Of a stretch of 48,776 nucleotides of DNA, positions 42,501 to 48,335 are shown piece by piece (within the stretch, counting starts at the first letter, position 1; every line of letters begins with the position of its first letter). The position numbers and the translations under genes are program-made. The notes under the pieces were generated by a model. That model was not told the DNA's origin, searched no databases, and was given only the letters and a program-made list of their open reading frames with translations. The DNA lies in contig JAURWF010000032.1 in the NCBI GenBank assembly GCA_030655095.1, positions 1-48,776 of the forward strand, written 5' to 3'. Source of the stretch: a bacterium. GTDB lineage: Bacteria > Patescibacteriota > Patescibacteriia > Patescibacteriales > GWC2-42-12.

Positions 42501-43945
42501 CCAACAGGCAAAATCCTAAACTTACGAAGAATTATCATTGAACGATAAGGAAAACCTTCAAGATAATTTGGCTCAACTCCTGCGCTAGAAAAACCAAAAA
42601 TTCCATCTTTTTTTAAATACGATCCAAGCGCTTCTCCAACTGTTTTTCTTTCAGTAATAGCAAGACTAAATTTATCATCAATAACACAATTTGTTGGTCC
42701 AGCTTTAGTAGGATCGGGACACATTGTTAATTCAGTCAAAATATTATAATCACCTCGTACAGTAAAATTCGGCTCAATCAACCCAGCCAAACGATCTTTA
42801 GCCCCAGAAACCCCTTCATTATACGGCTGCCCAGCGTAGTCATCTAATCCACCCCAATTACCAGGATACTTTTCCGTAGAAGGGCCTTTATCTTCACTAG
42901 CCTTTCTCATTAACTTATTATACGCAGTTATAGCTAACTGATTTATAAAAACATTTGAAGCATCTACCAAAGCATCTCCAGTAAACTGCCCGAATTTTCC
43001 TGCTTGTATTTGTTCAATTTGTTCCTTTTCTGATTTTGCCTGGCCTGGAACGCCTGTTAATCTACCAGCGATATTTCTAGGATCCAACCAACCACTACCT
43101 TCAACTCTATCTTTCGCTTTTGTGTCTTTTAATAAATCTATATTGTCAGCCATTTTTGTCTGCAAAGAAAGTGCTATTCCTAAATCATTAGATTGAGGAT
43201 TAAACATATCCTGAAATTGAGTTAAAAAATCATTTCCACGCATAGCTTCTTCCCAGTTTTTTGTCATCTTCATAAAAGTACAAGCAGGCTTCTTCATTTC
43301 TGGTCTTACTTGATTTCTTAGTCCTAAACCAATTTTCCATTTAACATTAAAATCTGGTTCACACAAATTAAACTTTTTTCCAAAAATCCCTTCTTTACCC
43401 AATTCTTCAATAAAAGTCCCTGCTGCATTATCAGCAATATTTAAATAATACTCCTCCCAATTTTCTGTTATAAACATTGGCTTTTGCCCCTCTCTTCCTG
43501 AGCCAATATATGTTGCCAAATCAAAAGCCATCTGATTAAGCGCGGTAGAAACAGCTTTAGCTAATGTATTCGATCCTCTTTCTTGTACTGTTTTTATTAA
43601 CTTTTCCCACCGCACTTTCCATTTCTCAGCATTCTGTGCCTTTTTAGCTGCTTTTTCAGCCGCTTTTTTCTCTTCTGGAGAAACTGTTTTAATTACAGGC
43701 ATAATTGCTTGTGCAGTAGCATAAGCTTCATCTGTTCCCAAAGAAACATCGGGAAAACCATCACCATCAGCGTCAGTAAATTCTAATGGCGGAGGAATGT
43801 TTGATCCAGCAGCATTAACGATATTACCTATAACGCTAACACTAAAATTTAAAAATAAAAATATTATAAAAAACAATACACACGAGCTTAAAAAATCTTT
43901 ACTTTTTTTACTTCTCTTTTGTTGAATTTTATTTAGGCTTGACAT
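36524..43945 (-). CDS. Giant (2473-aa) secreted/anchored cysteine-rich multidomain surface protein
   Basis: Uninterrupted 7.4-kb ORF. N-terminal signal anchor CVLFFIIFLFLNFSVSVIGNIVNA. Cys-poor N-domain (aa ~45-560). Nine C-x5-GC-x2-[YFLMW] motifs. Three N-x-x-FE...[FI][IF]D[DNT][IV][KR]L jelly-roll/CBM-like modules. Two CGDG...E(E/H)CD repeats near the C-terminus. Confidence 0.85.
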   Translation of the reverse strand: MSSLNKIQQKRSKKSKDFLSSCVLFFIIFLFLNFSVSVIGNIVNAAGSNIPPPLEFTDADGDGFPDVSLGTDEAYATAQAIMPVIKTVSPEEKKAAEKAAKKAQNAEKWKVRWEKLIKTVQERGSNTLAKAVSTALNQMAFDLATYIGSGREGQKPMFITENWEEYYLNIADNAAGTFIEELGKEGIFGKKFNLCEPDFNVKWKIGLGLRNQVRPEMKKPACTFMKMTKNWEEAMRGNDFLTQFQDMFNPQSNDLGIALSLQTKMADNIDLLKDTKAKDRVEGSGWLDPRNIAGRLTGVPGQAKSEKEQIEQIQAGKFGQFTGDALVDASNVFINQLAITAYNKLMRKASEDKGPSTEKYPGNWGGLDDYAGQPYNEGVSGAKDRLAGLIEPNFTVRGDYNILTELTMCPDPTKAGPTNCVIDDKFSLAITERKTVGEALGSYLKKDGIFGFSSAGVEPNYLEGFPYRSMIILRKFRILPVGWEVAGQYIKDHSKDISGDLTDVGRNNTLEKMVACFASDDDFKGYDATWCRGLVDPNWVLKAPLNYCKREGSGNEILSAETSGDGASSQLTIARNDEYCADEQSCIKEKNNGQCDIYGYCTEERREWRFGNDVKTCEPKYNTCQTFRGSAGETVSYLENTLNYGQCNVDNVGCLAYCASYNASTSKFTCNSTNVSTSTNNKIYLDKDVQTCEQTNEGCHKFIRLKTGLGVNLLTNSSFEEDFAGTIWDGMASTTDGYDGSKALQLSGNLLSGNLEEDITVNALVGESFSLSFAAKECAVGNNFQLADQTVVPLNAGTDWQTYETSYILPASSTTIKIKINSASCIIDTIKLERGDPTTYSSYGENGIVYQKYAPGYLSCDGINDPNECDKYVTDCKAEDVGCELYTSIKDNVKIPAQVRAKDYCPDVCVGYNTFIQSKSSFDSLSDSYFIPKTAKTCSAEAIGCDEFTNLDELGKGAEAKEYYSALRRCIKPDAGQCAEFYSWEGSDKSGFQLRVVKLKKAGENPEVTENDSVVCNEASYKYLSNNPSYQPDCRQFYNRAGQISYHLVNNTISCSEDCHPYRKTALSDDSSSTCSERKGTWDDDQSACIYMAIPGQGKICSASQNGCREYVGSTGNNIRFILNNNFEDLSNPTQDWMSISGTTVEQSSETAITPGHSLAVSVGNYSAGVVIGQTISAGQDYILSFEIKKGSATQLTAELTNNLATSTFATAILSSNNNWNSYKINLTNLDHEPNISEKLIIKANGNFFIDNIRLTEVVDHYYLIKDSWQTPDICDRDLNGAISPQFMLRCDAYNDRDNVLHNLRSFSDLCAESAVGCELMIDTKNSDNYKKEVFNDNDPSKITVLEDKIKYVVFDKSKQCNADDEGCQLLGKPYQYDTSLLYSNVYLKNKPDKYNEILCSSNAIGCQKWTAGNGDSYFKSPGDMVCDWRQITGKATDSWGWYKKKVKHCGGVNANSVCLTDNDCAIGVSCLETIDIVCPVDTLKTLGTGGASVSQPKDMWAGICPAREAGCTEYIDPISKFSMDIATATVKVEPNTVYIFKNGSINCNINNPIFDTVALQACITRNCSSQINRNNCINYYCSSAGDFMRDNYSNGVIYELINKNNLVAVNSLSATATSSKQFYTSDSVQCILTGTDVELRRAVVGYNLKQNMNAGDCNGMVDFEKGCVLFNERSQNGSSLSNLTFNANITENDGSGKTAEGDVNNNANKLLKVSPDRVCDKWLACETITQVAGVPGGVCEKVGVCNKFNDSGSCSRFISNTVKQNQTATSTITAEAMSNMSGYAKVGWANSSVSFYPNDYYPLGQASAIGLTASVLNGQFESVLYKNTITTDASGTESVIYNTEDPDWPTNWDCGYKGKEADEQTQKNLFKNSNCQILMASTTTSTTVLEKCKEIIKEIINEYKKINEIAQCEIIDDPIESQDEKICFKKDNNGDCYVYAPEGRNFVKLTADNKVSTLTSSVSIPVRYNQEYVLTAYVNTQRMNRGQAKIKIEEYKLIAIASSTTEELISSSTVISVDSSKPWTLEIGKIGGKAFKTQASTTKIKVILTASDNALGDYYFDDVKIRPVLESANYGVTNYGVNGKWYTPQSCRLYPKNDSLSCAYNDDSGMRYKGWYGHCLEYDRSPGDPDVCLLWWSAPPETSRVSEWCGDGKVNGEEDCDCGSNNGDKCNGIDTKISTGSNRLDQYSCNKCYWDDGWCGDGAVQTANGEHCDWNEKDMINPILNQQSCWKKATEFNHDGYTDYLHGSLGCNNHSNISSSTSESYKQCEFNKSGCSDNLVRPVVTAVQHRRKQCADAGGVVWAHASGVSPADNAGWQVTNDAGEIITDRVGNSTTLNGTEYPTVYFCRLPGGDCNSNGRTEWNKYGDWSTTQKVAEHRMGSGSKIESNCSEWKEDGYQCLGKDGVRNFGGDDRGNSYGWVSCNVLDHNFMNKKQESCTARHRWDKDGDGGSKDCNTSAKCSAIATITEIGCY

Positions 43946-44017
43946 ATTTATAATAATATAGTAAGATGTTATTTGTAAAATTTATTTTACAATAGTTTAG
44001 TAAGTCGGAGGTGCGTT

Positions 44018-44554
44018 ATGTTTAGATGTTTGTTTGTTTGTATTTGTTTTTGTATTTTCTTGAGCGAAGCTAAGATCGTGTCTGCGGACGACACAATCCT
44101 GGGGGCACTCATCGATCTAGCGATGTGTCCGAAGGAGGAAATACCAAAAATCTTAAACGCGCGGTTTGAGATAGAAGAGATTTTACAGGGAAAAAAAATC
44201 CCTTGTAAAAAAGTAACTCTACAGAAAGAAAGGCTGCAAATTGTCGTTGGGCAAAATGAGTTCTGTTTTTACTGGGGAGAAAAGAATCCCAAAAAAAACA
44301 GCGTTTTTTTGCTAAGAATCAACAACAGCCCGACAAGATGCATTTGGGGGGAAGACGAAAAGGACTGGAATGATTACAAACTTTTCTTGAAGATGGATAA
44401 CGAGCAAAAAGAGGTTTTTCTTCGTGCATATTTCGAGAAATATGCAAAGATCAAAATTCCTTATCCAAACCCAGCACCTCCTTGTCCATGGACAGTACCA
44501 GCCACTACAACGACGACCAGCACATCTGGTCAACCAGCGATCCACGGCCAATAA
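44018..44554 (+). CDS. Hypothetical secreted protein (GC-richer, SD-bearing)
   Basis: 178 aa. SD GGAGGT 6 nt before the ATG. Signal peptide MFRCLFVCICFCIFLSEAKIVSA. Thr/Pro-rich tail. Confidence 0.65.
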   Translation: MFRCLFVCICFCIFLSEAKIVSADDTILGALIDLAMCPKEEIPKILNARFEIEEILQGKKIPCKKVTLQKERLQIVVGQNEFCFYWGEKNPKKNSVFLLRINNSPTRCIWGEDEKDWNDYKLFLKMDNEQKEVFLRAYFEKYAKIKIPYPNPAPPCPWTVPATTTTTSTSGQPAIHGQ

Positions 44555-44593
44555 AAGGCCTGGATTGCAAAAAAAAATTTAAAAAGTGCATGT

Positions 44594-44629
44594 AAGCCCC
44601 CTCTGTTACATTGGGGGCTTCTTTTTTTT
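44594..44629 (+). terminator. Canonical rho-independent terminator
   Basis: aagccccc-tctgttacatt-gggggctt followed by cttttttttg. Confidence 0.8.
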
Positions 44630-44725
44630 GTCTGAACCACTGAAAGTTTCTGAAAAGCTCTGAAAATACTGAAAATTGCAAATACAATTATCTGAACCAC
44701 TGAAAGTTTCAGTGACTCAGATAAT
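44630..44725 (-). repeat. Two family 1 copies (inverse orientation; the second is a palindromic variant)
   Basis: gtctgaaccactgaaagtttctgaaaagctctgaaaatactgaaaa ... tatctgaaccactgaaagtttcagtgactcagataat. Confidence 0.85.
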
Positions 44726-45259
44726 CTAATTACACTTAAATCCAATTTCCTCTTTTTCTTTATAATCTTTTTTATCATCAACTAATCTATCAATAATATT
44801 CATAATCTCACTTATTCTTATATCAAACTTTTTTTCTATCTCCGCTATTTTCATCGCCAACCCTTCGTATGTTGAAACAAACTTTCTAATATTCACAAAA
44901 GTTCTCATTATCGCAATATTAATATCAATAGCTCTTTTACTCTTTAACACCGATGACAACATAGCTACACCCTGTTCAGTAAAAACATAAGGGCAACTTG
45001 ATGAATGTTTTAATATTGCAAACCGGTCACAATTTGTGACCAGTACATTAGTTTCAATTTTATTTAACCGAAACATAAAATCATCAGGAAATCTTTCAAT
45101 ATTTCTTTTTACTGCTTGATTTAAAACCTTAGTCTCAACTCCATAAAGCACTGCCAAATCACGATCAATCATTACTTTTTGTCCACGAATATATAAAATC
45201 TTATTTTCAATAATATCAACTGAAATCAAATTTTTTACTACTTCTATTTTTTTACTCAT
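44726..45259 (-). CDS. ORF6N (KilA-N-related) DNA-binding domain protein
   Basis: 177 aa. IRGQKVMIDRDLAVLYGVETKVLNQAVKRNIERFPDDFMFRL...PYVFTEQGVAMLSSVLKSKRAI. Confidence 0.85.
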   Translation of the reverse strand: MSKKIEVVKNLISVDIIENKILYIRGQKVMIDRDLAVLYGVETKVLNQAVKRNIERFPDDFMFRLNKIETNVLVTNCDRFAILKHSSSCPYVFTEQGVAMLSSVLKSKRAIDINIAIMRTFVNIRKFVSTYEGLAMKIAEIEKKFDIRISEIMNIIDRLVDDKKDYKEKEEIGFKCN

Positions 45260-45405
45260 TTTTTTGATTTTACTAACTTATTTATTATTTCAAATATCTT
45301 AACAATACTTTTATCATACTTTTTCTCCATTTGCATTATTTTTTTTGCTAATTTATCATATAACCTCTTATTTTCAATTTTCTCTAAAAGAATTATATTT
45401 TGCAT
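45256..45405 (-). pseudogene. 49-aa ORF resembling the C-terminal helix of an ORF6N protein (remnant or small paralogue)
   Basis: LAKKIMQMEKKYDKSIVKIFEIINKLVKSKK compared with LAMKIAEIEKKFDIRISEIMNIIDRLVDDKK in the neighbour. ATGA stop/start overlap at 45256-45259. The track N-terminus (to 45468) is translated repeat DNA. Confidence 0.45.
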
Positions 45406-45445
45406 ATTTTTTAATTTAAGATTATATTTGAAATTATATTTGTAA

Positions 45446-45523
45446 TTTTCAGTATTTTCAGAGCCCATCAGAAACTATCAGTGGTTCAGACAACTTTTCA
45501 GAAACTTTCAGTGGTTCAGACAA
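45446..45523 (+). repeat. Two family 1 copies (forward)
   Basis: ttttcagtattttcagagcccatcagaaactatcagtggttcagacaactt, then ttcagaaactttcagtggttcagacaac. Confidence 0.9.
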
Positions 45524-46162
45524 CTATTGTGAAGAACTATTTAATGTTTCTTCATAACTATCTAATAAATCCTTATCACTAATTTTATCCAAAACTTCTT
45601 TTTGCATACCTTGCTGAAGTAATAGTTGTCGCAAAGTCGCAACATCTGGCTGTCCGCTTGCGGGAGCAACAACATTACCAATATTTGAATTAGGCGCAAC
45701 AACTGGTTGAGTGCCAATAACTGCATTAACATTATTAATATCTGAATTAATTGTAGTAGTTGCTTGTTGATTAATTTGATCAACGTTGCAATCACGACCA
45801 GCTGGACAATTAGGATCTTTACCACTATCAACTTCCTGCTTGTCAGAAAATCCATCGCTATCACTATCTTCTAAATATGGAGAAGTCTTGTATAAATTAA
45901 GCTCATCCCAATCAGATAAACCATCTTTATCACTATCTTTAGTTTTTAAAATTTCATCACTATTTTCTGTCGTAATATTATTTAGCTGATTTTGACCATC
46001 TCCTTTATAAGCAAATGGACTACTAATACTATTTTTCAATTGAATAGTCCAAGCAACTAAAACAAAAACACCAAAAACAACCAAAATTCCCGCAGCAATT
46101 TTGTGTTTTCTGCCTAGCGGTTGCTGTTCTTGTTGTCCAATTTGAAAATTATTATTTTCCAT
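45524..46162 (-). CDS. N-terminally anchored protein with TSP3-like Asp-rich repeats
   Basis: 212 aa. TM IAAGILVVFGVFVLVAWTI. DSDKDGLSDWDE, DSDSDGFSDKQE..DPNCPAGRDC. Confidence 0.7.
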   Translation of the reverse strand: MENNNFQIGQQEQQPLGRKHKIAAGILVVFGVFVLVAWTIQLKNSISSPFAYKGDGQNQLNNITTENSDEILKTKDSDKDGLSDWDELNLYKTSPYLEDSDSDGFSDKQEVDSGKDPNCPAGRDCNVDQINQQATTTINSDINNVNAVIGTQPVVAPNSNIGNVVAPASGQPDVATLRQLLLQQGMQKEVLDKISDKDLLDSYEETLNSSSQ

Positions 46163-46171
46163 AATAACTAA

Positions 46172-46212
46172 TAACCTAAAAAGCTAAAAACCTAAAAAGC
46201 TAACAAGCTAAC
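46172..46212. repeat. Word repeat (cctaaaaagcta units)
   Basis: taacctaaaaagctaaaaacctaaaaagctaacaagctaac. The same words occur at 7682-7755 and 27983-28068. Confidence 0.75.
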
Positions 46213-46226
46213 TATACCACTTTTCA

Positions 46227-47096
46227 TCAAAATTCTCCAAACAATTTTATCCAATTATTAACACTCAAATTCTCAGCTCTTATTTTAACATCTAGTCCAA
46301 TATTTTTCAACTTATTTTCAACTTCATTCGGCTCAATCTTATATCCATTTGCTAAATTATTTTTCAACATTTTTCTTTTTGAACTAAACCCAATTTTTAC
46401 TAATCTAAAAAAATCTTTTTCTCTTTCCGATTCACCTAATAAAACAGAATCAGAATTATTAGGAACAATTTTAATTATCGCAGAATCTACTGCTGGCTTT
46501 GGCCAAAAATTATCAGCAGGTACTATTTTAATAATTTCAGGTTGAGCATAAAATTGAACTGACACAGCCAAAATACTCATTTTAGGTGGCTTAGCAACAA
46601 CTCTTTCTGCCACTTCTTTTTGCAACATCAAAACCACTAATTCAGGCTTTATCTCTACTTCTAAAAATTTTCTTAAAAAAATAGAAGTTATATTAAAAGG
46701 CAAATTTGCAACAATTTTAAACTTTAAATTTTGTTTATCATTCAAAAATAAAATTTTATGATCATTTAAAAACTGAGAAATTGAAAATTCCAAAATATTT
46801 TTATTTATTACTTCAACATTTTTAACTCCTTGCGCTATTAAACCAATATGTAAAATCTCTGCCAACTTATCATCAAGTTCTACTGCGATTACCTGCTTAA
46901 CTTTGCTAGCTAATTTAGCTGTTAAAAATCCTAAACCAGGGCCAACTTCTAATACAATATCATCTGGCTTTAAATCAGCGTTTGCAATAATTTCATCATA
47001 AATTTCTTCTTTAATTAAAAAATTCTGCCCCTTTGAACGGGCAGGCTTTATTTCATACAAATTACATAAATTTCTAGTCTGTTGCAATAAATCCAT
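46227..47096 (-). CDS. rsmA: 16S rRNA (adenine1518/1519-N6)-dimethyltransferase
   Basis: 289 aa. KGQNFL, VLEVGPGLGFLT, IVANLPFNI. Confidence 0.92.
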   Translation of the reverse strand: MDLLQQTRNLCNLYEIKPARSKGQNFLIKEEIYDEIIANADLKPDDIVLEVGPGLGFLTAKLASKVKQVIAVELDDKLAEILHIGLIAQGVKNVEVINKNILEFSISQFLNDHKILFLNDKQNLKFKIVANLPFNITSIFLRKFLEVEIKPELVVLMLQKEVAERVVAKPPKMSILAVSVQFYAQPEIIKIVPADNFWPKPAVDSAIIKIVPNNSDSVLLGESEREKDFFRLVKIGFSSKRKMLKNNLANGYKIEPNEVENKLKNIGLDVKIRAENLSVNNWIKLFGEF

Positions 47097-47108
47097 AAGT
47101 AACTATTA

Positions 47109-48314
47109 TTAATTACTTGCTATTTTTTTTATCTGTTTTTTTAATTCTACCATTTTTAATTCTCTTCCAATAGTTAGTCTTTGAAATTTTTCCAATTCTT
47201 CCAACTTTGATTGAAGTTCTTTTGTTCTTTCTTTTACTTTTTCTTCAAGATTTATATTCGCCTCTTCTAATGCAACTCGCGATTTTTTTAAATCAAATGT
47301 CATTTGATTAAATTCTTTAGCCAACTGCTCAATCTCGTCGCCTGTTTTTATATCTACTTTATAATCCAAATCCCCCTGACCAATTATTTCAACTCCTTTA
47401 TGAAGTTTTCTAATTGGTTCAATAATTAATTTAGATAAAGCTATAGTTGCAAAAAGAATAAAAATCAAAGTTATTACTATAATAATAATCGCTCTTTGTC
47501 CTAAAATTAACGTTGATTTATAAATCTCTGAGGTCGGTCTAAAAACCACAAGCTCCCAATTTAAAGAAGGGATATGTTCAGCAATAGACAATAATTTGCC
47601 AATTTTAGTATCTATTTCTTCAAAAGAAGTAGCTTCTTCTGAAGCAAGATTATCAGCAACTTCCCTTAAATCCTCTGAACGAAAATTTTCAGTAGTAGCA
47701 AGAATTTTTGCTATCGGCTTTCCCTCTTTTGTTAAAAAATAAATATTATCTTTTAAAGAAGTAAACCCTGACAATACTTTATTCCAAATATCAGAAAAAA
47801 ATACTTCTGCAACTAATATTTTTTGAGAACCATCTTTTTCTATAACTGGGACTGAAATAGCTATTGTTGGCATATCAACCACTGGATTATAGCTTAACCA
47901 ACCGATATAACGTCCTTTTTCTTTAGCTTGAAGAAATTCAGGTTTTTCACTTCTATCTTTAAGCGGGTTGTCATCACTTCTAATTATCTCTTTTCCTGTT
48001 TCATCTAAAAGAGCTAAAAAATTTATATTGTAAGCAAATTTTTCTTTAGTTTTTAAAATAAAATCTTTTTTTTCTTCAATCGTATTAAAATAATTAATAT
48101 TATCTCCTGTAGATTCTAGTATTTTTTCATAATTTAAAACAGTATCTTCTATAGCCAAAGCCATACCATGAACAAGAACCTCATTGTAAGTTTTAATGCC
48201 ATCCATTAAAACTTTTCTAGCGCTAAAATAAGACGACAAGCTTACAGTTAGTAAAGGAATTAAAGCCAATACTAAAATCATAATTAAAAATTTTTCCTTC
48301 AACAAAATTTTCAC
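47109..48314 (-). CDS. Membrane sensor with Cache-like extracytoplasmic domain, HAMP domain and a coiled coil; no output domain
   Basis: 401 aa. TM1 aa ~10-30 and TM2 AIIIIVITLIFILFATIALSKLII. HAMP EPIRKLHKGVEIIGQGDLDYKVDIKTGDEIEQLAKEFNQM. Ends after ...FQRLTIGRELKMVELKKQIKKIASN. Confidence 0.7.
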   Translation of the reverse strand: MKILLKEKFLIMILVLALIPLLTVSLSSYFSARKVLMDGIKTYNEVLVHGMALAIEDTVLNYEKILESTGDNINYFNTIEEKKDFILKTKEKFAYNINFLALLDETGKEIIRSDDNPLKDRSEKPEFLQAKEKGRYIGWLSYNPVVDMPTIAISVPVIEKDGSQKILVAEVFFSDIWNKVLSGFTSLKDNIYFLTKEGKPIAKILATTENFRSEDLREVADNLASEEATSFEEIDTKIGKLLSIAEHIPSLNWELVVFRPTSEIYKSTLILGQRAIIIIVITLIFILFATIALSKLIIEPIRKLHKGVEIIGQGDLDYKVDIKTGDEIEQLAKEFNQMTFDLKKSRVALEEANINLEEKVKERTKELQSKLEELEKFQRLTIGRELKMVELKKQIKKIASN

Positions 48315-48335
48315 TTTTTTTATAAGACAATAAGT

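Noticed and set aside
36524-43945. Diversity-generating retroelement target in the giant protein
   Set aside because: There is no reverse transcriptase in the window, and I saw no template/variable repeat pair. This cannot be excluded without a computed self-alignment.
34255-45523. Integron-like cassette array
   Set aside because: The repeats bound cassettes, but there is no intI-type tyrosine recombinase or attI in the window. Cassette orientation and size (a 7.4-kb gene) are atypical. I cannot identify RYYYAAC/GTTRRRY core sites in the repeat.
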